Virus record (IMG/VR): IMGVR_UViG_3300011335_000305
Location: 1-52,656 of that record
Length of the DNA: 52,656 bases
From: a virus
Taxonomy: Duplodnaviria > Caudoviricetes
Strand: one strand, 5' to 3'
The position numbers were made by a program, and so were the translations under genes. Of this stretch, positions 37,101-46,752 are shown piece after piece. The notes beneath the pieces were generated by a model. It was not told the origin of the DNA. It saw only the letters and a list, made by a program, of their open reading frames with translations, and did no database searches. How positions within the stretch are numbered: the stretch's first letter is position 1; every line of letters starts with the position of its first letter.

Positions 37101-40100
37101 AAAGCTTTGTAAATTGGGTACTGGTTATTAAACCCAAATACGGATTTTAATCCTTCAAATAACTGTTTGACAAATTGTACAAACCGATGCCACGGAGTAC
37201 CCATTTTGGTAGCAAATAACCGTTCAGCATTAACAGCCCAGTATTCAGATGGGTTAATGTACTGATACATATCCATGTTTGGGCACAAAGATGCTGCAAT
37301 ATCAAAATTTTCCTTTGTTGGTCTTTCAATAAAATCTAAGACAGCTTTGAAATATTTTGCATTAACAGCGTCAGTGTTCTTTTTAATTGCAGCGTCTAAC
37401 GCTTTTTTCCAAGAATCTATAATGGCATCTCTGGTCTGAGGTGTCATCATATTTTCTAAGGTATGCATTAATTCATGGCGAATCGTAACTGGACTGTTTG
37501 TTCCAAGACCTTTGTACAAAGTAACCAGTTTTGAAAATGTATTGTAATTTCCAATAGAAGAGCCTGTTTCATTCTTACGAACAGATAACTTAATGCCAGT
37601 TAATAAAGCTGGAGTTCTGTCGTAAAGGTATCGAATAACATTTAAAGTTTCTTCGCTGATATTGCTTTTAGAAAACTCATCAAAAGCTTTCTTCATAAAA
37701 TGTTCAGGCGTATCATTCTTTGGCGTAGTTAACTTGATGTCTTGTTTTAACTCATCAGACAATTCAAGTAACCTAGATAGTTCACGCTGATAGCCAATGG
37801 TTACTTCGCCCTTGGCAACTTTCTTCATAATGTGAGCAGAGCGTTGACGGAGTTTTTTATACTCCGCTATCTGTTCATCATGGATACGTTTAATGGCAGC
37901 CGTTACTTTTTCATTAGGTTTAAATGTTATTGCATTAGTTTGAATAGGTTTTTGGGTATAGCTAGTTAATGTATAACCTTCACTATGGGCTTGACGGTCA
38001 TACTCTATAATTTTTTCAGGAGACAATACACCATCTTCCAATTCAGCGCCATTAAAAAAACTAACTTCAACAGGTATATATTTCCACCCTAATTCTTTTG
38101 CCACCATAATGCGATGGTTTCCTTCGTTTACATAAGGAGTACCATCTTGGTAAATGTTTAAAAATGGAGCATAGTGTTCTGGCTCTTGCTCTGGTCTAAA
38201 TGCCGGCAATTTATTATTCTTACTCATGTAATTAGTTAGCCATTTAATGGAGTCTGAACGAACATTTTGTTGTTCAGCTCGCATACCTTGCAATTTTGCT
38301 AATACATTTACAGGAAGAAGAACTTCTCTTTCACGAACACCTTCACGTCTAAATGATGCAGTAACAGAACCAAATCTTTCTGGTACTCCATATTTATCTA
38401 CACCATCTTCTTTTGACTGTTCTCTCTTACCTCTTAACCATCCACCGCCCGGATTATCCGTTCTTAATGTCAGTAGCTTGGCTGTTGGGAACGCCATGTT
38501 GTTTGTAGGAATAATGGGGCCAAATAATTTCTTCGCCTCTTCCTTTTTATTCAAAGCAATTAACGAATCACCTTTTTCATTTATTAAATAGTCAATAACT
38601 TTCTTTGCTGTTTCCTGTTCATAAGTAAAGGCATACATCGTGCTACCTGACTTATAAAAATCACCCAGTAACTTTGTTAATCTGCTATCTAAGAAATAAA
38701 TGCCACCAGTCTTCTTTGAGCTTGGTACGTTAAATTGAATTTTTCTATTATTACCAATAATTTGTAAAACTTTATCAGCTGTGCCAATAGTTCCGTTAGC
38801 TTCTGTTAAAAACTTTATAGCATCATCTGCTGATTTTATTTTTGTTGGTGCATCACTTTGTGCTTTGGTAAAGTCATATGTCCTTGGCATTAAAACACCT
38901 TGCCCAGTTGTGCCATCCGATTTTGTATAGGTCATAATCTGACCTTGGTTGTCTACAACTGGAGAAGCAAAGCCAGATAAAATGTTACCAGTTACCATCC
39001 AGCGTTTTTCACGCCTAACTGTTGCACCCTTGTCAAACAAATCCATTAAATCAATATTTTCTGCTACGCCAGTTTCAGGGTTTAACCAATTAATAATACC
39101 CTCTTGCGCTAATTGATATGTAGTACCAATTTGAGAAAAGTTTATTGAAGTAGATTTAGCTTCACCATTTGCCAAAGCAATTGTCATTTTCCAATCAGAA
39201 CCAGCAGCTGGATTCTTTGTTTTACCTTTTGTTTCTACGTTGGTGATCACGCCATAAACAAAAACACCTTGGTTATTCTTAACAGAAATAGCCGTACCAA
39301 TTGGGTAAGCTCTTAAAATAGTCTTAATGTGGTTTTCATTTAGACGTAATTGGTCTAATGTTTTATTAGTTTTTACTTCGTCAGCTTCACTTTCTTTTAA
39401 TTCAGCTTTCTTTTGCTCAATAAAAGCTTTCATTGCGCCACTGAGTACACCATTCTGCTCATTGCCAATTTGTCTACCGCTTACATTACCCAAATTTTCA
39501 TCAATTATTTGTTTTACTTCTGCCTTGGAATATGGCTTAACAGTACGCTTAACATCAATTTGTTCCATAAATGCTGGTCTAGCAAATAAAGAATCACCTT
39601 TTGATTCAGTAATGGGTGTAGAAGATAATGTTTCAGCATCAAGGTCAAAAGCCTTAGCTTCAAGCTTATTGGTTCCCATACTGTTTTCACGCTCAAGCAA
39701 ATCGTTGTAGCGTTCAACTAAGTCTTTGTAGATTTCCTCTTGATCTTTAATTGGCAATATGGGAATGTAACCCGTTAATTTACGAATGTCTTCTTCATCA
39801 GCTTCAGACGGATCATCCGATATTTCTAATAATTTTTTACCACCCAATGCTTCATAAATTTCTGGGTTGTCATTTAAAAACTCTTGAGCAACTTGACCAC
39901 CGTACTCATTCATAAAGTCTACAGCACCTTCAGCAGTTACAGCAGACTTACGAGAAGCTGTTGTATTCGCATTAAGTGATGCCATTTTCTTTAACAGAAC
40001 GGCAGCTGGGCGCATTTCTGCGGGAATATCAGCCATCATCTGTGAATAAAACGGAGGTTGAATTTGTCCAGTTCGATGTACCCGCCCAAGCATTTGCATA

Positions 40101-43100
40101 TGCGTATCAATGTTCTTTTCAGCCTGAACAATAATCATATGGCGCTTTTTTGTATTTTTTAATCCTTTTTTGGCGTGTAAAGATAAACCAGTAGAGCCGG
40201 CTTGATTTAATATGATTACTCTAATATCACCGTTATTAAATGCTTTAACTGAGTTAACACGGTCTTTAATACTGGGTGAACGAGGCATTAATAATGGCGT
40301 TCCACTCTCATAATTTATAGTTAATGTACGACCAGTAATCTCACCTGTTTTATATCCAAGTTTGCGTAATTCGCTATGCATATAATCAATTGGTGACATT
40401 GGAGCAGAACCAAACCCAGCATTATTAATAAATGTTTTAATGGCGTTGTATTGCTCTGTTAATGTTGGCCCAAGATCTTGATCAGTCAAACGGTAGATTT
40501 GAAAGTCTTCTTTTTTAACTGCTCCGGGCGGTTTAATAGTTACTGTACGTTGTTTTTCTAAATATCTTAAATACAAATCTTTAAAGGATAAGTTAATTGG
40601 ATCACCAGTTTTAAGTCCCATTTCATCTGCATATTGCTGTAAGAATGAGCCCATTGTATTAGATACAGTTAATACAACTTGCTCGCCACGCTTTAAACTT
40701 TCTACAGCATGTTTAATAGAATCCTGTGCCTTCAATGACAATAACATTTGGTCAATCAAGTTATGCATTGTTGAGCCAAAGTTAGCAGATTGGACTTGGG
40801 TTTTTTCTGACCCTCCCCTTATTATTGAGCCACGCTTATCTAATTCTTTTTGTATTTCACCTACTGCTTTTTCCTTCTCCCTAGAGAATGACAAAATATC
40901 ACGCATAGACGTAGCCATGTTTTCGGCAGTAGCTTTGTCAACTTTAGTTTCAACAGTGTTATAACTTACACCGGCAAATGTACGCTCTCTACGAATATAC
41001 TGTCCTACTTGTGTAAGCATGTTTGCAACAATCTGTTGCATCGGAATGCCGCCATTTTTAATAGCTTCACCCAGTTCTGATATGTTATCCACAGCAAGGC
41101 TCATATCTGTGCTGGAATACAAATCCATTACATCTGGGCGTTTAGCGTAAGTGGCTGATGAAAAGAAAGAGCCAAAAGAATTGTTAACCATTTCACGAAT
41201 AAATGAAGAACGGCCTGTGCCTTCTTCATCGGATTTTTTACTTGTGCCGCCAGCGTTATGGCTTTCGTCTAAGATTAAGTATCCGTCATTACCAAAATGA
41301 TTTAAAAAAGCTTGGCGTTCTGTTGGCGCTTTTTTAACCATTTGTGTCTGAGAATAATTAGTAAAAATAACCTTGTAACGACCAAGACTGTCATCTGCTC
41401 TTAATTTCTTAAACAGTGCCGTTAATTTATACCCTGATTTTTTTTCATCTTTTAGAGGTGCTTTTAATATAAAATCTTTTTCAACGGGCTCACCATTAAC
41501 TTGTCTTATTAATGTGTAAGGCACTGGCTCATTGTTGTTAGTTACTATTATTTTAGGATTATTGGACTCTAAAGCTAACTCATCAGTCATGCCAATATCA
41601 TCTAAATCCCTAATCATGTCAGAGTACAGATTGGGTTTTTCTGTCATAAATATTGGTGTTTTGCCATTTAACAAAGCATACTTAATCATGCCAGCTACAA
41701 CACGACCTTTACCAACACCTGTTTGATCGCCAATAATAAATCCTTTACCAGCTTCAGCGTTGCTAATTGCTAATGCAAGAGCATCTATTTGCTCAGCCGA
41801 GAATTTCTCTCTTAATGTTTCAGGATCCATTTGTAACGCTTCGGCTACATATTCATCAATATCGCCAAATTGTGCTTCCAGTTTAGTAAGAGACTGGTCA
41901 ATGGATTGTGCCATTGCTCTTGGAGCTAATGTTCCAACAGCTGCGGCTTGAGAATGCGGAGTATAACTTACCTGATTCTCGGTTTCAATTTCTTCACCCC
42001 TACGGTCTTTTAATCTAGACTCGATTGGTATACCTGTGTCAGTGCTAGGTTCACCCAATCCTCTAGGCTCGTTTCCTGTATCGCTTGTTCCGCCTCTGGG
42101 CTGTTCTCCTTTAGCTGTGCTGGAAACGGGTTTTCCAACATCTGCAGGTTCAGGTTTGTTAACAGGTTTAGGTTGTCCTTCACTAACACCTGTCCCAGTT
42201 GATTCGGGTTGTCCACGCTTGGTAGGTCCAGCTTCAGACACGCCTTGTCTGCCGCCTCCTGCGGGTTCTTTTCTTCCAGCACTAGGTTCATTACCCTCTC
42301 CGCTAGGGCGTTCACCCAATCGCTCTGACTCACCTCCCCTGCCGGTAGGTTCACTGATGTCAGTTCCACTGGTGCCAATATTTTCTCCGGATACCATGCT
42401 AGATTCATTTAGCTTCTCCTTTAACTGTTCATAGTTTTCAATAATTTTTGGAAGATCCCCAGCCGGTAATGATCTTTTAGGCAGAGTAAATCTAAGGTTT
42501 TTTGATTCCCATTTTCCGTTAATAACAATAACATCAACAGGATAACTAGCGCCCTGTTTAGAATACATATCGCCAGCTATCGTAAAGTGATCTACTACGT
42601 TGTAATCTTTATATAAATTAACGTAAAAATTACGTTTAGATGCGCTACGATATCCTTCACGCCTTCCTTCTTCTGTATTTGATTGAACGCCACCAACAAT
42701 TAAAACAGCACGACCATTACTTCTCATGCTTTGTAAAGATTTCATAACAATAGCGTGATCAATTTCTCTAGTTTTAAACCCGTCAATATTAAAATCTTCC
42801 CCAATAGATCCAAATGGAGGATTTTCAATAACAACATCTACAGTACTTGGTGTTACTTTTACACCGTTTTCATTAGTAACTTTGGCACCAGAAAGTACTT
42901 TTTTAAGCATTTCAAAACGGCTAGAGTTAAGCTCGTTTGCTATTACCTTCTTTGGGTTAGCATCAATCAACAGCATTCCGTTACCAGCTGTTGGTTCGTA
43001 TACGGTAGTGCTATCTGTTATTCCAGCCAGTTTACTAGCTACAAATGCCAATGGTGCTGGGGTTGAATACGCCTGTTCTCTAACACTGGTTGAAGAACGC

Positions 43101-46100
43101 ACAGCTAAGTTTGGCTGACGATTGTACAAGTCTACCAACTTGTCATATGCATCCGCAGTCATCTTAGTATTTTGGGCAATATCCTGCGCAGCTAATACTA
43201 CGCCAACTTCAATAGCTTCATCAGCTTGTTTAGCCTGTAAAGTACCAGCTTCAATCTTTACACCAGTCATATCTGATATAAACTTACGGCCTTCTATAAT
43301 TGTTCCAAAGCCATTGCCAGCTATAAAGTGTTGTGATACAGCTTGTGCAATTTTAAACTTACCATCCACCGTACCTAAATCGGCTTTAACTTCTGGTTTA
43401 GTTGTTTTGTAATCTGTTTTAAAAGTAACTTGGTTTTTATCAAACACAACTACTTCTTCAACTTTAGGACCATTCTCGTAAATAATTCCATCAAAGCCAG
43501 CAGATTTTAATTTTTCTATTCTGGCTTCAGAAAGTGAAAATGGAAGATCTGGACCCCATTTATCTCTTTGCTCTTCAAAATTAAATTCATCAATATAAAG
43601 TGGGTTTTCCATCTTTATGTAAGCTGGAATAGTATATACACCTTCATTGCCAAGTGGAGCATTATGAGCAGCTTGAATTAAATTTGGATCAGTGCCAAAC
43701 CATATAGCTTTACCACTACCATCCCCTTCAGGACCACCGGGAATTAATTCTTTTATTTGGTTACCATTTTTGTCAACAGCTCTAGTAGTATGATAAAAAA
43801 TAATGGGTTTGCCATTTTTATCGGCAATGTAACCATCTTTAGACGTTGTTAAATCTGTAGCTTCTAACTCTTTTTCGTCTAATTCATCTAAAGATTGAAC
43901 GCTAACCACTTCTATATTTTTACTGGCTTTTAACGGATAATTGCCAGACATGGCAATGTAAGAACCTTGCAAGTGATTTAAATTAATTCTGTCAGATACA
44001 TCCTTACCAAAAGTTTTCTTAATTAAATCCCGAACAAACTTAGCAGCTTGTTTGAATGTGTGATAACCCTTACGGAAAGCAGCGTCCATTAACTTAATAA
44101 GCGTTGGCATGAGGCGCTGTTCTTCTTCAGGCATCATGTTTATGCGCCCAGTCTTACCAGCCATCCAAGACAATTCACCCAAGGCATCCATTAAATCTTT
44201 ATCGGCTTGCTCTTCAGCTGTTAACTTAGGTGTTAGGTTGGTGTTAGGGCTTACAGCAGGGCTTACAGCAGGGCTTACAGCAGGGCTTACAGCAGGACTA
44301 ACAGGAGCAACTGGTTTAGGACTTAAAAACTCTCTAAGTAAACCCATATCTGGAGAATCAGCAAATGGACTAAAGAAGTCTCCATTTTTTATTCCAGCTG
44401 CCGTAGCTTCAGGAGAAACATAAACTTTTCCGTTCTTTTGATTAATTAAACCAGCTTGTTCTAGTTTCTTTAATACCGGCTTTGCTGCATCTTTATATTC
44501 AAGACCATTTCCATTTCTAAGAATTTGCCCAGCAAATGTAATGTCTTCTGGAGTTAAAGTCTTTTTAGCTTCTTCTGCAACTTTGGCTCTTTGAGCAACT
44601 TGCCGTTCTTGATTAATCTCTGCCTGTGGTTTAACTGGTGTTTCTACTGGCGGCACTATTTCTTTAGGCAAACCCAGCTTATCTTTGATATTACTTAAAG
44701 TTTCTTGTGGGTTTGCACCAACTTCAACGTCTAAATCTCTAGCCAATGAGTTTACGTTTCTACCATTTATTTCTGCTTCACCCGTATTAAATTGGTCAAC
44801 ACGCAATAAGGCACGTTGTTTTAATTCAGGATCAATTTCTTCTGGCTGAATTGTTGTTTGTTCTATTTTTTCTTTAGGAACAACTAATAATTGATCAGGT
44901 GTAAAGGCTTGCAGTTGTCCTATATCTTTAATAAGAATCGGTTGTTGATCGTCTTGATCATGGAATGCATATACTAAATCACCGTTACTTTGAGCTTGCT
45001 CTGCCTGATCTCTAGTATTAACAGTAGTTGCGTTTTCAAATATTTTTTCTAAATTTAATTGTGGATCAATAGATGGTGGCTGAACAACAGGGGGAACGGT
45101 TGGTGGAGCAACAGGAGGCGCAGTAGCAACTGGTGGAACAACAGGAGCTGGAGGCACAATTGGTTGCTTAGGGGAAATTATTCCTTGTATCTCATCTAAG
45201 TCTTCTTCTGAAACTAAACCCTGATCAATTAATTGCTGTATATCAGGATTGATGGGGCTAACAGTGTTAGCCCCCTGTACTGGAGGAACTACTGGAGGAA
45301 CTACAGGGGGAACTACAGGAGACATAGTAGGCTCTCGCTTTGATGGCTCTAATCTCCCTTTAAGTTGTTGATATTCTTCTTGTTCTTCTGGTGTAAAGTA
45401 TCTTGGATCTCTAGCTGGAATGGTTACTTTTTGACCATCAGCTCCCGTGTAAGTTCTTTTCTTTGTGCCAGATGTTATGTCGTTTAGTTCTTTAAAACGC
45501 TTTATTTCATCCTCAGTTGGTGCTCCTTGAACGGGAGGCGTTTGAGTTTTTGGTTGTGTAAATGCTGATACAGCACCCGGACCAACTCCACCTAACGCAC
45601 CTAGAACTAAATTAGCAAACGAGTCTGTACCAATATCTCTGACTACTGTTTTATCAATTCCTAAATCAGAAGCAATACCTTCAAAGTATTCTTGTACACC
45701 TTCTTCAGCAGATCCAGCAGCTAACATGCCCATACCACGAGCAATTTTGTTTTTAATTTGCGGGAGTGCTTTACTAAATCCACCAGTTAATAATTTGGTT
45801 GTAAAGTTTCCACCAAAAGCTCCAACAATACCTTGGGCACTGGCTGCTAAATCGCCAGCTTTATCTTCCGTCATCCGTCTAGCTAACTTAGGATGAGTAC
45901 CCATTGCCACCAGATTTCTAAAGTATTCACTGTTTTTAGATAACTCAGTATCATTCATTGAGTTAACATGGTCACGGGCATTACTAATGCCTTCAGAAGC
46001 TGCTGATGTAAAACCTAATCCAGTACCAAGTGGTACGCTTTTAGTTATTAATGCTGATGCTAATAAAGGTGCGCCAGAGCCTAAAACTTTTACAGCCTGT

Positions 46101-46744
46101 CCAAAATAACCTAATGCAGAAGGATCTTTACCTAAAGATAACTGACTGTAATCGCCAGTTTGAATAGCTTTCATTATGTCGCCAGTTGGCTGACTTGAAG
46201 CCATTTCATCTTTCATTTGTGGTGAAAGTGATTCTTCTATTTGTTTTGATTTTTCCTGACCCCATATTGCCAATTCACGGAATTGTGGAATCTTACCTTT
46301 AGTAATTAGTTCATCTACTTTAGTATTTAAATCTTTTGTTGGAACAAGTTGTTTTTCAGTTATTTCTTTGGGGAAAATATCAGGTAAACCAGCACCCGGA
46401 ACCAAAGCTGACGTAATCTTTTTAGATAGTGCAGTAGGGTTTGCCATTAGATTTAAAAAATCCATTGGCGCAGATAGCAAACTTTTTCCTGTTTGTGCTA
46501 ACCCAGCTTGTGCGCCTTCTGGTATTCCAGCAACAGATGGAAGTGCGCCAGCGCCAAGCAGTTTTGCAACATCACCCAGTCCGGCAGACTTAGATGCGTT
46601 TAACTCTTTATCGGTAATCCATTGATTGTTAAGTAGATATGCTTTTTGACCAAATTCGTTTTCAGCTGTTTGTGTAGGTGGAACCCATTGATTATTAACA
46701 AGAAATAATCTTTCGCCTGTTTTGTCATTAAAAACACTATCCAT
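34091..46744 (-). CDS. Giant polyvalent protein (ART-like, N6-adenine MTase, Strawberry-notch SF2 helicase, ParB-like, zincin, LPD38-like)
   Basis: FYHTT...GFDGII; EPTAGNG/NPPF; GDQTGVGKG, DESH, GSTGLSLHA, GRVHRTGQ; EGNHR; HELMH; position next to the ejection genes. Confidence 0.88.
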   Translation of the reverse strand: MDSVFNDKTGERLFLVNNQWVPPTQTAENEFGQKAYLLNNQWITDKELNASKSAGLGDVAKLLGAGALPSVAGIPEGAQAGLAQTGKSLLSAPMDFLNLMANPTALSKKITSALVPGAGLPDIFPKEITEKQLVPTKDLNTKVDELITKGKIPQFRELAIWGQEKSKQIEESLSPQMKDEMASSQPTGDIMKAIQTGDYSQLSLGKDPSALGYFGQAVKVLGSGAPLLASALITKSVPLGTGLGFTSAASEGISNARDHVNSMNDTELSKNSEYFRNLVAMGTHPKLARRMTEDKAGDLAASAQGIVGAFGGNFTTKLLTGGFSKALPQIKNKIARGMGMLAAGSAEEGVQEYFEGIASDLGIDKTVVRDIGTDSFANLVLGALGGVGPGAVSAFTQPKTQTPPVQGAPTEDEIKRFKELNDITSGTKKRTYTGADGQKVTIPARDPRYFTPEEQEEYQQLKGRLEPSKREPTMSPVVPPVVPPVVPPVQGANTVSPINPDIQQLIDQGLVSEEDLDEIQGIISPKQPIVPPAPVVPPVATAPPVAPPTVPPVVQPPSIDPQLNLEKIFENATTVNTRDQAEQAQSNGDLVYAFHDQDDQQPILIKDIGQLQAFTPDQLLVVPKEKIEQTTIQPEEIDPELKQRALLRVDQFNTGEAEINGRNVNSLARDLDVEVGANPQETLSNIKDKLGLPKEIVPPVETPVKPQAEINQERQVAQRAKVAEEAKKTLTPEDITFAGQILRNGNGLEYKDAAKPVLKKLEQAGLINQKNGKVYVSPEATAAGIKNGDFFSPFADSPDMGLLREFLSPKPVAPVSPAVSPAVSPAVSPAVSPNTNLTPKLTAEEQADKDLMDALGELSWMAGKTGRINMMPEEEQRLMPTLIKLMDAAFRKGYHTFKQAAKFVRDLIKKTFGKDVSDRINLNHLQGSYIAMSGNYPLKASKNIEVVSVQSLDELDEKELEATDLTTSKDGYIADKNGKPIIFYHTTRAVDKNGNQIKELIPGGPEGDGSGKAIWFGTDPNLIQAAHNAPLGNEGVYTIPAYIKMENPLYIDEFNFEEQRDKWGPDLPFSLSEARIEKLKSAGFDGIIYENGPKVEEVVVFDKNQVTFKTDYKTTKPEVKADLGTVDGKFKIAQAVSQHFIAGNGFGTIIEGRKFISDMTGVKIEAGTLQAKQADEAIEVGVVLAAQDIAQNTKMTADAYDKLVDLYNRQPNLAVRSSTSVREQAYSTPAPLAFVASKLAGITDSTTVYEPTAGNGMLLIDANPKKVIANELNSSRFEMLKKVLSGAKVTNENGVKVTPSTVDVVIENPPFGSIGEDFNIDGFKTREIDHAIVMKSLQSMRSNGRAVLIVGGVQSNTEEGRREGYRSASKRNFYVNLYKDYNVVDHFTIAGDMYSKQGASYPVDVIVINGKWESKNLRFTLPKRSLPAGDLPKIIENYEQLKEKLNESSMVSGENIGTSGTDISEPTGRGGESERLGERPSGEGNEPSAGRKEPAGGGRQGVSEAGPTKRGQPESTGTGVSEGQPKPVNKPEPADVGKPVSSTAKGEQPRGGTSDTGNEPRGLGEPSTDTGIPIESRLKDRRGEEIETENQVSYTPHSQAAAVGTLAPRAMAQSIDQSLTKLEAQFGDIDEYVAEALQMDPETLREKFSAEQIDALALAISNAEAGKGFIIGDQTGVGKGRVVAGMIKYALLNGKTPIFMTEKPNLYSDMIRDLDDIGMTDELALESNNPKIIVTNNNEPVPYTLIRQVNGEPVEKDFILKAPLKDEKKSGYKLTALFKKLRADDSLGRYKVIFTNYSQTQMVKKAPTERQAFLNHFGNDGYLILDESHNAGGTSKKSDEEGTGRSSFIREMVNNSFGSFFSSATYAKRPDVMDLYSSTDMSLAVDNISELGEAIKNGGIPMQQIVANMLTQVGQYIRRERTFAGVSYNTVETKVDKATAENMATSMRDILSFSREKEKAVGEIQKELDKRGSIIRGGSEKTQVQSANFGSTMHNLIDQMLLSLKAQDSIKHAVESLKRGEQVVLTVSNTMGSFLQQYADEMGLKTGDPINLSFKDLYLRYLEKQRTVTIKPPGAVKKEDFQIYRLTDQDLGPTLTEQYNAIKTFINNAGFGSAPMSPIDYMHSELRKLGYKTGEITGRTLTINYESGTPLLMPRSPSIKDRVNSVKAFNNGDIRVIILNQAGSTGLSLHAKKGLKNTKKRHMIIVQAEKNIDTHMQMLGRVHRTGQIQPPFYSQMMADIPAEMRPAAVLLKKMASLNANTTASRKSAVTAEGAVDFMNEYGGQVAQEFLNDNPEIYEALGGKKLLEISDDPSEADEEDIRKLTGYIPILPIKDQEEIYKDLVERYNDLLERENSMGTNKLEAKAFDLDAETLSSTPITESKGDSLFARPAFMEQIDVKRTVKPYSKAEVKQIIDENLGNVSGRQIGNEQNGVLSGAMKAFIEQKKAELKESEADEVKTNKTLDQLRLNENHIKTILRAYPIGTAISVKNNQGVFVYGVITNVETKGKTKNPAAGSDWKMTIALANGEAKSTSINFSQIGTTYQLAQEGIINWLNPETGVAENIDLMDLFDKGATVRREKRWMVTGNILSGFASPVVDNQGQIMTYTKSDGTTGQGVLMPRTYDFTKAQSDAPTKIKSADDAIKFLTEANGTIGTADKVLQIIGNNRKIQFNVPSSKKTGGIYFLDSRLTKLLGDFYKSGSTMYAFTYEQETAKKVIDYLINEKGDSLIALNKKEEAKKLFGPIIPTNNMAFPTAKLLTLRTDNPGGGWLRGKREQSKEDGVDKYGVPERFGSVTASFRREGVREREVLLPVNVLAKLQGMRAEQQNVRSDSIKWLTNYMSKNNKLPAFRPEQEPEHYAPFLNIYQDGTPYVNEGNHRIMVAKELGWKYIPVEVSFFNGAELEDGVLSPEKIIEYDRQAHSEGYTLTSYTQKPIQTNAITFKPNEKVTAAIKRIHDEQIAEYKKLRQRSAHIMKKVAKGEVTIGYQRELSRLLELSDELKQDIKLTTPKNDTPEHFMKKAFDEFSKSNISEETLNVIRYLYDRTPALLTGIKLSVRKNETGSSIGNYNTFSKLVTLYKGLGTNSPVTIRHELMHTLENMMTPQTRDAIIDSWKKALDAAIKKNTDAVNAKYFKAVLDFIERPTKENFDIAASLCPNMDMYQYINPSEYWAVNAERLFATKMGTPWHRFVQFVKQLFEGLKSVFGFNNQYPIYKAFNQLIKGETPRSHNIMLVDYLTQGKVKLDFINNIKTTEDILKDRPDAPLSVSGSNYDKLMGGMKEANRIGRNMLVNPKQAAVNLVGNVDRVVLAARIKTTDFTAGLTAADAARYGRMLEDSQNRAVASVAMNQALRATRIGTQVILDGMLAFDPNEQMFAASESKYSMANVIDLKHKLENRIGRELSYKAIQAYFEAKRSRSIVNEYLKREGELEDLKTEQMDPATGVERQLTLLNKIADAELGLRNIKIALDKVNLTDEEIDKYSDLEKLHPELRQMMDNWGAVNKNMVDFMEFAKMIDKRRAQSLREIEDYVPWNRIMDDQEDVHSASWFRPATPKYTYGTKAVRNVSREQKFKEGEVDLDIDDIVDNMIHNVMVTVRNVIKNYAMNRIAQEYGVRNENGKLKVFPQEDHSKGIIKILVNGRKVNIQIADPLIAQAAIGIESIQVPMGTVLSFFANGLRRAVTISPAFQAKQVFMDAPTAMLVTGVKNPLALWTKVFSSAIKALNSNDPVVQILKSHGIGGFTSTARTAEQEFKQEMGLLNQSTYAKITKLLDRIGDASDYSQRRAVFMRKIIESGGKIVNGKVVGGDMRAALLAATNVIDFEKRGNSATAQFLNRTISFMNAFAQQIDVLTQALMEVPAAGIEKLTGAKVTSVSGNLKGLDRQKAITRLTIAGLGLSATVLLYCYAIGDDDEYNKMDDQTKMRNFVIPKKLMKEVGYDHTLLIPMHTSASYLFKSIPEMLFNQITKEGTKDAVDNERLRKALHEGLIDAFAGPLGSGPVPTGLKPLAEIKLNRNFFTGGRITPRGMENLAAFEQYNAATSELGKWLSSVTGGKEKRLLNPMEADHLMRGLGGTVAATAMWMSNALGNNRPMPEERSNPLYGSFVAPDVPRGREDLFYDLKQRTEVAMATYRDLMKNQKTAEAKSWYQDHINEIKAYGFTQQAGKDLSEINSNIRRIEKLPESQRNAEQKRAEINNLKLTKERILEQTIRFRLQAEQKPSP
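42010..42408 (-). CDS. Overprinted ORF nested in an alternate frame of the giant gene
   Basis: 132 aa, AAGGAG 7 nt before ATG, helical amphipathic composition; spans the disordered linker of the host frame. Confidence 0.55.
   Translation of the reverse strand: MNLAWYPEKILAPVELTSVNLPAGEVSQSDWVNALAERVMNLVLEEKNPQEAADKACLKLDLPSVDNPNQLGQVLVKDNLNLLTNLNLQMLENPFPAQLKENSPEAEQAIQETSLEDWVNLALTQVYQSSLD
44246..44293. repeat. 12-bp tandem repeat x4
   Basis: AGGGCTTACAGC x4, encoding (AVSP)4 in the giant protein. Confidence 0.95.
45254..45274. repeat. Palindrome copy 3 (21 bp)
   Basis: GGGGCTAACA-G-TGTTAGCCCC inside the giant gene. Confidence 0.9.
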
Positions 46745-46752
46745 TATTTATC

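Noticed and set aside
42036-42434. Plus-strand 132-aa ORF
   Set aside because: Antisense shadow of the linker with P/S/G/L bias and no SD.
44246-44293. Tandem repeat as a phase-variation switch
   Set aside because: The unit is 12 bp, so copy change keeps the frame; it only alters linker length.
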